Source of the DNA: Microcoleus sp. | Lineage (GTDB): Bacteria > Cyanobacteriota > Cyanobacteriia > Cyanobacteriales > Microcoleaceae | Assembly: GCA_042408215.1 (NCBI GenBank) | Contig: JAYFMW010000005.1 | Span: 192,001-256,000, forward strand | Length of the DNA: 64,000 nucleotides | Direction: 5' to 3' | Shown: in pieces, positions 33,397-43,815 of the stretch | Numbering within the stretch: the first letter of the stretch is position 1 | Layout: each line of letters opens with the position of its first letter | The notes under the pieces: model-generated | What the model was told of the DNA's origin: nothing | What the model saw: only the letters and a program-made list of their open reading frames with translations | The model's database searches: none | Program-made: the position numbers and the translations under genes

Positions 33397-33651
33397 CTAT
33401 TCCGAGTGTTTGTACCAGTTGCGATCGCGAACATCCTCATAAAAATTCAGATCGCCGGCACTAAATATTTGCTCTGGGGGGTGAGTCGGCGGGGGGGATG
33501 TGAAAGTCAGCAGTAGCGGTTCCAAGTCGTGAAACTCGTCTGGCCAACCTGGTTCCTCCGAATCAACGCTCGGCCAATCATACATCGTCGGCAGCTTTTC
33601 CTTCGATCGATCGGCTCAGTTTGCTGGGCGGAATGGGTGATGGGAAACATC
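33397..33651 (-). pseudogene. Uma2-family endonuclease N-terminal remnant
   Basis: MYDWPSVDSEEPGWPDEFHDLEP...IFSAGDLNFY...WYK; truncated. Confidence 0.6.
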
Positions 33652-33791
33652 AGGTGGGCTGACTGGTAGTGGCGGTCAAAGTCTGATATTTATATTTTAT
33701 CCCCTGAATTATCCCAACCGCCGATTAAAGTCCCCACCTGCGGTAGGCTAGATCAGGTGAATATATTGGCTCATTTCAAGCGATCGATCTT

Positions 33792-34763
33792 ATGTCTCCA
33801 ACCGCATCTGCTCCCTCCCGAACCGTCCGCATCGGTTCCCGCAAAAGCCAACTCGCTTTAGTCCAAACACATTGGGTGCAAGCAGAGCTACAGAAACATT
33901 TCCCGCAACACACTTTTGAAGTCCACACGATGTCCACCCAAGGGGACATAATTCTTGATGTAGCCCTCGCTAAAATTGGTGATAAAGGGCTTTTTACCAA
34001 AGAGTTAGAAACGGGAATGCTGAACAATGAAACGGATTTTGCCGTTCATTCCCTGAAAGATTTGCCTACCAATTTGCCCGAAGGTTTAATTTTAGGATGC
34101 GTCACCGAACGGGAAAATCCCGCTGACGCCCTGGTAGTTCACGAAAAACACAAAGACAAGCAACTTGATACGCTGCCAGAAGGTGCGGTGATCGGCACTT
34201 CTTCCCTCAGACGACTTGCTCAACTGCGGCATCATTTCCCTCATTTTGAATTTAAAGATATTCGCGGCAATCTGAATACTCGACTGGCTAAATTAGATGA
34301 TGGCGGTTACGACGCGATTATTTTAGCAGTGGCGGGATTGGAAAGATTGGGTATGGGCGATCGCATCCACCAAGTTATCGCTCCCGAAATCTCCCTCCAC
34401 GCCGTCGGACAAGGTGCTCTGGGCATCGAATGCCGCGCCGGAGATCCAGAAATTCTGCAAGTGATTAAAGCTCTGGAACACTCTGAAACTGCCCAAAGAT
34501 GTTATGCTGAACGGGCATTTTTGCGGGAATTGGAAGGCGGCTGTCAAGTGCCGATAGGAGTCAATACCAACATCGAAAACGGTCAATTAACTTTAACCGG
34601 AATGGTATCTAGTTTAGACGGTCTGCGGTTAGTGAAAGATACTGTTAGTGGCGCGGCAGAAACTGCTGAACTGCTGGGAATTGACCTCGCTCACCGCTTG
34701 CGTGCACAGGGAGCAAGTGAAATTTTGGAGGAAATTTTCCTCGAAGTTCAGCGCGGTTCATAA
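33792..34763 (+). CDS. hemC: Hydroxymethylbilane synthase
   Basis: [40 protein letters not shown]. Confidence 0.98.
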   Translation: MSPTASAPSRTVRIGSRKSQLALVQTHWVQAELQKHFPQHTFEVHTMSTQGDIILDVALAKIGDKGLFTKELETGMLNNETDFAVHSLKDLPTNLPEGLILGCVTERENPADALVVHEKHKDKQLDTLPEGAVIGTSSLRRLAQLRHHFPHFEFKDIRGNLNTRLAKLDDGGYDAIILAVAGLERLGMGDRIHQVIAPEISLHAVGQGALGIECRAGDPEILQVIKALEHSETAQRCYAERAFLRELEGGCQVPIGVNTNIENGQLTLTGMVSSLDGLRLVKDTVSGAAETAELLGIDLAHRLRAQGASEILEEIFLEVQRGS

Positions 34764-34998
34764 AGCCGATCGGCCTCGGGGTTTTTTGACCAAAAAATCG
34801 CCTTTTTCTCAAAAAATCAGGGCGATCGCTTTTGAAAAATAGGTACGATAGCATTCTGGTTGTAGATTTTAAATGGGAATTTTAGATGATCAAATCCCCC
34901 GGTTCAAAAATATCCGAGTAATTGTCAACATACCCATCCAAAATCTACAATCAAACATCCAAAAATAATCAGCAATCTATTTCAGGAACAGGGAAAAA

Positions 34999-35826
34999 AT
35001 GAGATCTCAGGAAACTCAATTAAAGCTAGAATTGGCAAAAGTTAAGCAACTGTATGGCAAAATGCAAGCAGATCAGAAAGCTTTGCAAAAGCAATTGAAA
35101 GAGTTTAAAACTCAGGCAGGAAACTTTTCTGATGTAGTCGAGCAAGTTTTGCCGTCTGTAGTTTCAGTTTATGTGATGGATTGGGATACAGCCGAAGAAA
35201 TTTCTTCTGGCAGTGGTTTTTTTGTCTCCCCTGACATAATTGTCACTAACTATCACGTTGTCGAAGATATTGCCGATGAAGATTATTTCTACGAAGAAGA
35301 TGAAGTTGAACAGGTTTTAGTAGAAACTCAAGACGGAAAATTGAGACTCGCAGAGGTGGTTTTTACTGGCAATGCGGAAGAAGATTTGGCATTGCTTTTG
35401 ATTACTGGTTTTGTGATTGACCCGGCCACAGGGGAACAAGTAGAATCTCCTCAAGAATATCCTCCTTTAGAGTTGTCTTTTGATGTGAAAGTGGGCGATC
35501 GAGTAATTGCTGTGGGAAATCCTTTGGGACAGTTTGCTTCTACTGTAACTCAGGGGATTATTAGTGGAATTCGCGAACCGGATGAGTATGAGGAAGCTGA
35601 GGAAGATGAGGATGATATTGCGGAGGTGAAGGTGTTGCAAACTGATGCGGTGATTAATCCGGGAAATTCTGGTGGCCCGTTGATTAATATGGCTGGTCAG
35701 GTGGTTGGGGTGAATACGTGGGGATGGGAGGATGCTGATAGTCTTAATTTGGCGATCGCCTCGATCGCTTTGGATGACTTTTTAGCGGGTTTTGAGGAGA
35801 CTTTTGAGGATGATTCTAAGAATTAG
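34999..35826 (+). CDS. Acidic S1C trypsin-like serine protease with N-terminal coiled coil, no PDZ
   Basis: TNYHV, DLALL, INPGNSGGPL. Confidence 0.9.
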   Translation: MRSQETQLKLELAKVKQLYGKMQADQKALQKQLKEFKTQAGNFSDVVEQVLPSVVSVYVMDWDTAEEISSGSGFFVSPDIIVTNYHVVEDIADEDYFYEEDEVEQVLVETQDGKLRLAEVVFTGNAEEDLALLLITGFVIDPATGEQVESPQEYPPLELSFDVKVGDRVIAVGNPLGQFASTVTQGIISGIREPDEYEEAEEDEDDIAEVKVLQTDAVINPGNSGGPLINMAGQVVGVNTWGWEDADSLNLAIASIALDDFLAGFEETFEDDSKN

Positions 35827-36326
35827 TGGGTAGTTATTGGTAATTTTTGATTGGGGCGTTGGCGAAGCCCTCGAAGAGGATCGCTCTTTTTGTCACCGTA
35901 TATCCACGTAGATTGACGCGGATGGATGAAAAGGGCGATCGCTTTTTTAAATTACATTTCACTCATAGCAACTGGAATGGGTTGCAGAGAAATTTAGCAA
36001 ACAGATATCTCAAAGCTTTTTCCAGCTACTATAGACATTTAGGTGACAGTTGTCTGTTTTTACGCAGAATCTCAGCTTTTGTAACAAACATTTACGCGAT
36101 CGCTCTTTCTTGCCGCAGACGGTGACGCACAGATGGGGCGATCGCACTCTCATCCCAACGCCCTCTCATCCCAAAAAGCGATCGCACTCTTTTTAACCGC
36201 AGATTTCCCGACGCCGATCGGAGAATCGCGATCGAACATTATTTGTTTGCCACGGCCGCGTTAATAATGTGACGCTCCCATTTAAACTTAATCTAGACTA
36301 ATTACCTAAAGGAACGCACAAAAATA

Positions 36327-37766
36327 ATGCGAATTCTATTTGTATCGGCAGAAGCAGCACCCCTCGCCAAAGTGGGCGGTATGGGCGATGTCGTCGGCGC
36401 TTTGCCCAAATTCCTGCGACGCATGGGCCACGATGTCCGCATCTTCATGCCCTACTACGGGTTCATCCCCGACAAAATGGATGTTCCCAAAAAACCTGTT
36501 TGGGAAGGTGCCGCCATGTTCCAAACCTTCTCCATCTTTGAAACTGTTTTGCCGGGAACCGATGTTCCTTTATACTTATTGCAACATCCATCTTTCTTGC
36601 CCCGCCGCATTTACGGTGGCCTAGATGAAGACTGGAGATTTACTTTCTTTTCCAATGCTGCGGCTGAATTTGCCTGGAATCACTGGAAGCCACAAATCAT
36701 CCACTGTCACGACTGGCATACGGGGATGATACCTGTTTGGATGCACCAAGACCCGGATATTAGCACTGTTTTTACTATTCACAATTTAGCATATCAAGGG
36801 CCGTGGCGCTGGCGTTTAGAGCAGATGACTTGGTGTCCTTGGTATATGCAAGGTCACAATACAATGGCAGCAGCAGTGCAGTTTGCCGATCGAGTAAATA
36901 CAGTTTCGCCAACTTATGCCGAGCAAATCAAAACAGCAGCTTACGGGGAAACCTTAGAAGGTTTGCTATCTTTTCTGGGTGGCAAGGTATCGGGAATTTT
37001 GAATGGAATTGATACGGAATCTTACAACCCGGCTACTGATAAGTACATCCCTCAACAATTCACGGCTGATACAATTGAAAAGCGCCCATCGAACAAAATA
37101 GCCCTGCAAGAAGAAGTCGGTTTAGAAGTCAATAAAAATGCCTTTTTGATTGGCATTGTCAGCCGGCTGGTAGAACAGAAGGGATTGGATTTAATCATTC
37201 AAATGCTCGATCGCTTCATGGCCTATACCGACGCTCAATTTATTGTACTCGGAACGGGCGATCGCTACTACGAAACCCAACTCTGGCAAATGACTGCCCG
37301 CTATCCCGGCCGGATGTCCACCCAACTACTGTACAACGATGCCCTTTCTCGGCGCATTTACGCAGGCTGCGACACCTTCCTAATGCCGAGTCGTTTCGAG
37401 CCCTGCGGCATCAGCCAAATGCTCGCCCTCCGCTACGGCTGCGTACCAATGGTGCGCCGCACCGGCGGTTTAGTCGATACCGTCTCCCACAACGACCCGA
37501 TCAACAACACTGGTACGGGTTACTGTTTCGATCGCTACGAACCACTCGACTTGTTCACCTGCATGATCCGAACTTGGGAAGGTTTCCGCTACAAAGATAA
37601 GTGGAAAGAACTGCAACAGCGCGGCATGAGAGAAGATTTTAGCTGGCATATTTCTGCCAAGAAATATGTCCAGTTGTACGGCGATGTTTTAGGATTACCA
37701 CCGGAAGCAATCTGCACCAGAACAACCAGAATTGATCCTTGGCAAGGGTTAATGGGTAATCGGTAA
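36327..37766 (+). CDS. glgA: Glycogen synthase
   Basis: [22 protein letters not shown]. Confidence 0.97.
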   Translation: MRILFVSAEAAPLAKVGGMGDVVGALPKFLRRMGHDVRIFMPYYGFIPDKMDVPKKPVWEGAAMFQTFSIFETVLPGTDVPLYLLQHPSFLPRRIYGGLDEDWRFTFFSNAAAEFAWNHWKPQIIHCHDWHTGMIPVWMHQDPDISTVFTIHNLAYQGPWRWRLEQMTWCPWYMQGHNTMAAAVQFADRVNTVSPTYAEQIKTAAYGETLEGLLSFLGGKVSGILNGIDTESYNPATDKYIPQQFTADTIEKRPSNKIALQEEVGLEVNKNAFLIGIVSRLVEQKGLDLIIQMLDRFMAYTDAQFIVLGTGDRYYETQLWQMTARYPGRMSTQLLYNDALSRRIYAGCDTFLMPSRFEPCGISQMLALRYGCVPMVRRTGGLVDTVSHNDPINNTGTGYCFDRYEPLDLFTCMIRTWEGFRYKDKWKELQQRGMREDFSWHISAKKYVQLYGDVLGLPPEAICTRTTRIDPWQGLMGNR

Positions 37767-37853
37767 TCGGTAATTGGTAATTGGTAATCGGTAATTGGTA
37801 ATGGGTAATCGGTAATTGGTAATTGGTAATTGGTAATGGGTAATTGGTAATCG
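37750..37853. repeat. Heptamer tandem repeat (GGTAATY)n
   Basis: Directly visible. Confidence 0.9.
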
Positions 37854-38026
37854 GCTTTCTTACCATCAATCTTGAAGTTTTAACCTCCAATTACCTTTCT
37901 CCCAATGCCCAATTCCCGATACTTCGACGGAGTTTATCCTGAGCCCTTCGGCGAAGCTGACGGGTCAACTCCGTCGCAGGGATCAGCACAAGTGCCCGAT
38001 GCCCAATTCCAATTCCCAATTCCTAA

Positions 38027-38455
38027 TTAATCAACAAATAAATCAAGAGGTAAATGACCATAAGTACCGGTAACTCCTGCTTCCTCAGCGGATTGGCACG
38101 ACACCAAAACGCCACGGTAAGTTCCGGGATAGCCCTCAACATAATACGACCCCTTCAAAGTATTAAATTTAATATAAACCGAACCCGCCAATGAAGAGAC
38201 AGCATTTGGTTCAAAAACAGGTTGATAGCCCAAAGCTTTTAAATAGGTTTCTAAAGCTAAAAAACCCTCATTTGTCGAAGATGCACAGACACCTAGCATT
38301 TGGTAATCTGACAAACTTGCTACCAGCAATATCGCTTCACGAAGCGCCTGTTTGTCTAATGGAGAAGCTACAGATTGCATATCTAGACAGGTGAAGTCTT
38401 TCAGGATTTGCTGTGCTTTTTCAACAGTTAAGTTAGTCAGATTTTGAGTAAACAT
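38027..38455 (-). CDS. DUF1824-like conserved cyanobacterial protein
   Basis: YIKFN, YRGVLVSCQ, TYGHLPLDLF. Confidence 0.75.
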   Translation of the reverse strand: MFTQNLTNLTVEKAQQILKDFTCLDMQSVASPLDKQALREAILLVASLSDYQMLGVCASSTNEGFLALETYLKALGYQPVFEPNAVSSLAGSVYIKFNTLKGSYYVEGYPGTYRGVLVSCQSAEEAGVTGTYGHLPLDLFVD

Positions 38456-38745
38456 GAATTGCTCTGATATTCCCAAAAATTACGATCGACACTTCCGCAC
38501 TCGTCAGCGGAACTCTGCCATTGCAAACCACAACCTTCCATCGACGGTGACAGTTGCACAGCTTCTAATTATACCATTGTGCGATCGAGCATTTTCTCTC
38601 TTTGTACCTTTGCAGTCAAATGTGCGATCGCCAGCATGACACAATCTACCTAGATTCTAAAGAGATCACAAAAATTTCCTCCCTATTGCTGAACTTGCCT
38701 CTATTAATGATAAACATAAATAGGACAAAAACCGAGGACGAGCCC

Positions 38746-39681
38746 ATGAGCAACAACCAATTGCTAGAAAACGTAAAAATCTTGCGAAAATTTCTATTTC
38801 GCCTGCTACACAAAGCCAAACTTACCTACTTAATCCTGATCTTTGTCATCAGTTTAGGTATTTCCGGCTGGAGTAGAGAATCTGCTACTCTCAGAATTCC
38901 TATTATCGGCTTTCACGACATTATAGATGCTCAAAAAACAGCCGACTTGCCACCTCGCAGACCCGCCTTTGAAAATGACTACACCAAACAAGATTTGTCA
39001 GTGTTTTTAGAATATTTATTTCAACAAAACTATTGGTTTTTATCATCTCAAGACTTGTATGTCTATTTCATAGACAAGTCTCAACCCATACCAGAGCAAC
39101 ACCAGGGTCAAAAACCAATTATGATTACCTTTGACGACGGCTACAAAGGCGTTCATACCAATGCACTTCCCCTCCTGAAAAAACTGTCGCTGCTCTATAA
39201 AGAAAACGGTAAATTTGTGTTATTCGTCAATCCTCACTTCTTGGGTATTGCTATGGGCGGAAAATTTTTGCCCCACACTACTTGCAACGATTTAAGAGAA
39301 GGATATCAAAAGGGTTTTTATGACATTCAATCTCACGGTTTCACTCACAAAAACTTAACTGAACTCAATGGGCAAGATTTAGAGTTAGAAATTTCTAAAT
39401 CTAAATTAGCTTTGAGAAAATGTATGGGCGACTTAGACAAAAATAAAATTATCGGCGCTCATATAGCCTATCCCTACGGCGCATCAGACAGCGAAGTGGA
39501 AAAGATTTTGCCTAAATATCATTTAACTGGCTTTTTGTACAATGACAGATTTTTGAGAGTACAGCGCCTGAGAAATAACTATCGTATCTCTCGTATAACT
39601 ACTGACAGAAATACGTCCCCTAGAGATTTAATTCGGGTAGCTCAAAAGGCTTCAACTTTCAGACAAAAAAACTGGTTTTAG
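38746..39681 (+). CDS. Polysaccharide deacetylase (NodB/CE4)
   Basis: PIIGFH, ITFDDG, QSHGFTH, AYPYG. Confidence 0.85.
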   Translation: MSNNQLLENVKILRKFLFRLLHKAKLTYLILIFVISLGISGWSRESATLRIPIIGFHDIIDAQKTADLPPRRPAFENDYTKQDLSVFLEYLFQQNYWFLSSQDLYVYFIDKSQPIPEQHQGQKPIMITFDDGYKGVHTNALPLLKKLSLLYKENGKFVLFVNPHFLGIAMGGKFLPHTTCNDLREGYQKGFYDIQSHGFTHKNLTELNGQDLELEISKSKLALRKCMGDLDKNKIIGAHIAYPYGASDSEVEKILPKYHLTGFLYNDRFLRVQRLRNNYRISRITTDRNTSPRDLIRVAQKASTFRQKNWF

Positions 39682-39708
39682 TACAAAAAACTCGTTTTTG
39701 TACTAAAC

Positions 39709-40024
39709 TACAGCGTATTCCAAGTTTATGAAGTAGGGACACTCCAGGAGCCCATTGGTGTCAACAACCAGCCTGAAAGCCTTGATAAATCTCGTTTTTA
39801 GCTGAGTCTAGATCCCCCTAAATCCCCCTTAAGAAGGGGGACTTAAAGAGGCTTCCTGTCCCCCCCTTCTTAAGGGGGGCTAGGGGGGATCTAGGCTTAA
39901 TAGTCAAACAGCAGTCTCTGACTGGGTTTGAAGTTAAGTTGACACAAAGAAGGGCTCTTGGAGTGTCCCTAGGGTGGGGATAGATCGATCTGGGGTGTCC
40001 TTCATAAATGTGGAATCTGCTGTA
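39709..40024. repeat. Four nested inverted-repeat elements
   Basis: Pairs 39709-39733/40000-40024, 39734-39753/39952-39971, 39755-39765/39938-39948; core 39808-39894. Confidence 0.8.
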
Positions 40025-40056
40025 TGTCCGCCGAGTTTTTACGGATTTTTTCAAGT

Positions 40057-40752
40057 TTAAATGAGCCCGCGTTTTTTCAACTTTGCTAGTGCATCTTCCG
40101 CTGCATTTTTTTCAGCATCTTTTTTACTTTTACCTTTACCTTCTCCATAGGGTTTCTCTGCGACATAAACTTTAGCGAGAAATTCGGGAGCGTGAGGTGC
40201 ACCTCCTGCTTGGATTGTCACATATTTGGGAGGAGTTGTGTCACCGCTGGCTTGTACCCATTCCTGAAAGCGGTTTTTTGAGTCTACAAGGTTTTTTGGC
40301 CCAGTATCCGACTGAGGATAAACCATACTATTAGCCACTGGAATAAACAGCTTTTTAACAAAGGCGCGGACAGGTGTAATGGTTGAGTCGAGATAGTACG
40401 CACCAATAATCGCTTCAAAAGTATCGCAAAGCAAAGAGGGATTTTGGCGACCTTTATCTTGTTCTGCCCCTTTTCCCAGGCGCATTAACTTACCTATACC
40501 TAGTTGTTCAGCAAACTTTGCTAGCTGATTTTGATCGACTAATCCAGAGCGCAAGCGAGTTAATTGAGCTTCGGTAAAATCTTCATAGTGCTTATACAAG
40601 ATTTCGCCGACTAGATAACCTAGCAGGGCGTCGCCAAGGAATTCTAGTCGCTCGTTGTGTTCGCCTGCTTCTGGGTATTCGTTAACGTAGGAACGGTGAG
40701 TGAGCGCGTGAATGAGAAGTGATTCATTTTTAAATTTGGGAAGTTTGTACAT
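40057..40752 (-). CDS. rnc: Ribonuclease III (stand-alone)
   Basis: ALTHRSY, NERLEFLGDA, CDTFEAIIGA, dsRBD GKSKKDAEKNAA. Confidence 0.92.
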   Translation of the reverse strand: MYKLPKFKNESLLIHALTHRSYVNEYPEAGEHNERLEFLGDALLGYLVGEILYKHYEDFTEAQLTRLRSGLVDQNQLAKFAEQLGIGKLMRLGKGAEQDKGRQNPSLLCDTFEAIIGAYYLDSTITPVRAFVKKLFIPVANSMVYPQSDTGPKNLVDSKNRFQEWVQASGDTTPPKYVTIQAGGAPHAPEFLAKVYVAEKPYGEGKGKSKKDAEKNAAEDALAKLKKRGLI

Positions 40753-40798
40753 TTTTATGTCTTGACTTGCTGGAAAATTAATGGCATCGAAAACCTGT

Positions 40799-42010
40799 CT
40801 ATATTAGCCGGAGTTTTTTTAGTGCGACTTCAGCAGCACGTTTTTCAGCTTCTTTTTTACTGCGACCACTACCTTTACCGTACACCTTACTATTTACGCG
40901 CACTTCAACAGCAAATTCTTTAGCATGATCTGGCCCTGCCTCCTGAATTGTGATGTATTGAGGGGTAATTGGCCCGATATTCTGCTGTACCCATTCCTGA
41001 AACCGATTTTTTGGGTCTACAAGAATGTTAGAGTCCGGTTCTGGCTGAGAAGAAATAATTTCTTCCACTACTGGCGTAAATAGCGGTTCTACAAAATCGC
41101 GGACTGCCTCAATGCCAGAATCCAGAAAATACGCGCCGATAATTGCTTCAAAAGTGTTGCTGAGTAAGGACTGCTTGGTTGTACCTCCACTTGTTGCCTC
41201 ACCCTTGCCTAACAGCATCCACTTACCGATATCCAAGTCGGCAGAAAACTTTGCCAATTGCTTGTCTTCCACCAATAAGGAACGCAGGCGAGTTAGTTCA
41301 CCTTCATTTTTATCTGAATAGTGGCGGTAGAGATATTCGCCACTTAGAAAAGTCAGCAAGGCATCGCCGAGAAATTCTAATAGCTCGTTGTCTTTGCTGA
41401 CTTTTCCAGGATTTTCGTAAAGGTAAGAGCGGTGAGTGAGTGCCTGATTTAGCAGATATGCCTCCTGAAAAGGCAGTTTTTTGAGGATTTTATCTAATCT
41501 CTCTTGAATGCGTTTTTCTTCACCAGGGGAGACAACTGAACCCTGGCGAGTTTCGTAACGGGTTTGCTCTTGAGACAAGATTCGCAGGACTTCTAGCTTT
41601 TGTTTTTCTATATTATCTGCCTGTTCTAATGCAGATACAGCCTTGAGGAGTATGGCAATACTGCCGAGAGCGCGATAGGTGTCTTCAGTGGAAAATAAGG
41701 AATTGTGTGCCCAGTTATTGCGGACTTCTATAAGTTCAAGCACTAGAGCTTTCTCACAAGGAGTTAAATGCTTTTTGAAGACATCATCCCACTGCTTTGA
41801 CACGACGGATAACAGGATCGAAATATCTTCACGCAGAATATTATCTATTTTTTTTATTTTGGGTATTTTATTGTTGGTCAAGCAATCTTGAGCCTTTGCC
41901 AGCCAGCGATCGCCGTGAACTGTCTGCATTTTCTGCTCGACATAAGGATACAATCCCTGACCTAGAATATTTAAAGCTTTGGTAACTCGTTCATGATTGC
42001 TAATAGCCAT
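40799..42010 (-). CDS. Swt1-like HEPN domain fused to ribonuclease III
   Basis: N-terminal MAISNHERV..., RNNWAH (Rx4H), DTYRAL; C-terminal NELLEFLGDA, SNTFEA, dsRBD. Confidence 0.85.
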   Translation of the reverse strand: MAISNHERVTKALNILGQGLYPYVEQKMQTVHGDRWLAKAQDCLTNNKIPKIKKIDNILREDISILLSVVSKQWDDVFKKHLTPCEKALVLELIEVRNNWAHNSLFSTEDTYRALGSIAILLKAVSALEQADNIEKQKLEVLRILSQEQTRYETRQGSVVSPGEEKRIQERLDKILKKLPFQEAYLLNQALTHRSYLYENPGKVSKDNELLEFLGDALLTFLSGEYLYRHYSDKNEGELTRLRSLLVEDKQLAKFSADLDIGKWMLLGKGEATSGGTTKQSLLSNTFEAIIGAYFLDSGIEAVRDFVEPLFTPVVEEIISSQPEPDSNILVDPKNRFQEWVQQNIGPITPQYITIQEAGPDHAKEFAVEVRVNSKVYGKGSGRSKKEAEKRAAEVALKKLRLI

Positions 42011-42194
42011 CTGTTGTCTTTCCCGAAATTTCTTTATTTCTTGTTGCTACATTTAAAGTTGTGAGTTTTTCGGACACATAAGGAGTGTTGCTTAAGGATT
42101 GGCAAGAGATTAATATTTCCAAACAAATAAGATTAAAAAGTAGGCATTAATGCTACTTCTGATTTACTTATATCACAGTCCTGGATGCACTCCG

Positions 42195-42584
42195 CCAAAG
42201 AAACCGGGTTTTTTACAGAATCTGTGGATTGTAACGCGTCTTCTCGCAAAAACCCGGTTGCTGGGCCCCCGTACAACCAAAGAAACCGGGTTTCGACTTC
42301 GCTCAACCAGCAAGTTTTTTGCGGTTTTTGCCGACTTTAACCAAGTATTGTCGCAAAAACCCGGTTTCTGGGCCCCGGTACAACCAAAGAAACCGGGTTT
42401 CGACTTCGCTCAACCAGCAAGTTTTTTACAGAATCTGTGGACTGTAACCAAGTATTGTCGCAAAAACCAGGTTTCTGGACCCCGGTACAACCAAAGAAAC
42501 CGGGTTTCGACTTCGCTCAACCAGCAAGTTTTTTACAGAATCTGTGGACTGTAACCAAGTATTGTCGCAAAAACCCGGTTTCTG
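42195..42584. repeat. Tandem array of four hairpin units (82 bp, then 107-bp period)
   Basis: Units start at 42195, 42277, 42384, 42491; each AGAAACCGGGTTT...AAACCCGGTTTCT or a near match. Confidence 0.85.
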
Positions 42585-42648
42585 ACTACCCGATCGCCCA
42601 CCTGAAAAAACCAAATGTAAAAATATGTTGCAAAATTTGTACAACTGT

Positions 42649-42666
42649 GTTAAGTTTAGTTACATA
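42649..42666 (+). promoter_or_regulatory. Possible HLR1 (RpaB) site upstream of hli
   Basis: GTTAAGTT-TA-GTTACATA imperfect direct repeat. Confidence 0.45.
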
Positions 42667-42694
42667 AGGTTGAAATTACACGAGGTTTCTGGTC

Positions 42695-42838
42695 ATGGAA
42701 AACAAAAACGCAAAAGTTGGCTTCACTGAGTTCGCTGAAACCTGGAATGGTCGTTTGGCAATGCTGGGCTTCGTTATTGGCCTAGCGACCGAATTCCTCA
42801 CCGGTCAAGGTATTCTCTCTCAAATCGGTTTGATGTAA
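42695..42838 (+). CDS. High light-inducible protein (CAB/ELIP/HLIP), 47 aa
   Basis: Manual translation MENKNAKVGFTEFAETWNGRLAMLGFVIGLATEFLTGQGILSQIGLM; ExxNGRxAM motif. Confidence 0.93.
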   Translation: MENKNAKVGFTEFAETWNGRLAMLGFVIGLATEFLTGQGILSQIGLM

Positions 42839-43030
42839 TCTGCTCAACTGCTAGATATTTAATCTATGAGGGCGATCGACCCCATCACAAACAAGTGCGA
42901 TCGCCCGCCAACCAGTCCCCTTCACTCAATCTGAAGGGGACTTTTAAATTTTGTATGTAAAAACAAAGACGATCGCACCCGTAAAAATTCTTCCCGTCCC
43001 AACATTGAAATTTGAGACACACCGCACCAA

Positions 43031-43243
43031 TTAAGCAATTCCTACCGAATCCAAAACCCTCAATTTAGGAGTCAAAGCAGAGAGCTTAACCAAACTGTCG
43101 AGTTTGCGAGTCCGCCCGCTGTTACCTAAAACCATCTCCGACAAATCCGGCATTTCCTGCCAGCAATGCGGGCAGAACCAATAAACGCGATTTTGGCGAG
43201 CGTGGCGGAGTAATTGAGATGAGCAACAAGGGCAACTATTCAT
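43031..43243 (-). CDS. Small zinc-ribbon-like protein
   Basis: CPCCS...LLRH...WFCPHCWQEMP. Confidence 0.75.
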   Translation of the reverse strand: MNSCPCCSSQLLRHARQNRVYWFCPHCWQEMPDLSEMVLGNSGRTRKLDSLVKLSALTPKLRVLDSVGIA

Positions 43244-43350
43244 GATATTTTAAACCTTCTTTAAGATATGAATTAATGACCAATTCATTACACAGATTGA
43301 CTCATGCTCAGGCCGTATCAACTCCTGACACAATCATCAAAAAGCTGGTT

Positions 43351-43578
43351 TCACTCCCAACTTTCAGCGTCTTGCAAGTAAAAGTTTTGGAGACCCAACA
43401 GCAGTACCACAATCAGAAGCTGAACGCTCCAAGGGGCGCAAGAGAAACCCCAAATAAAACAACCAAGTCCGGCAAAAGCAAGCAGAACAAAAAGAGCTTG
43501 AGAGCTTTGCCAATAAACCCAAACTGCTGTCAGAGAAACTATCAGTAGTAAAATATAGGCTGAGGGCATAATCGTCAT
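43351..43578 (-). CDS. Small membrane protein
   Basis: Hydrophobic; APWSVQLL. Confidence 0.6.
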   Translation of the reverse strand: MTIMPSAYILLLIVSLTAVWVYWQSSQALFVLLAFAGLGCFIWGFSCAPWSVQLLIVVLLLGLQNFYLQDAESWE

Positions 43579-43815
43579 CTCCCAAGGTATCTGCCAAAGT
43601 CAGGATTGATCCCTGACGCTGTGCTTAAACTTAAAACTAAAAACTGAAGATTTTATGAAGACCTGCAATTTGTCACAAAAATTAACATACTCCTACCAGA
43701 TTGTATTTGTCTGAAACACCCAGCAAAAATCAGGAGCAGGGGAGAGTGGGAGAGAACTAACTAAATAAAAAATTACCTGGACATCACCGGACAATATGCT
43801 ATAACAGAACAAGAG

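Noticed and set aside
42195..42584. CRISPR array
   Set aside because: Units are 107 bp with near-identical interiors, no unique spacers, and no cas genes in the window
42150..42667. ORFs 42150-42554, 42426-42644 and 42437-42667
   Set aside because: Translations of the repeat array
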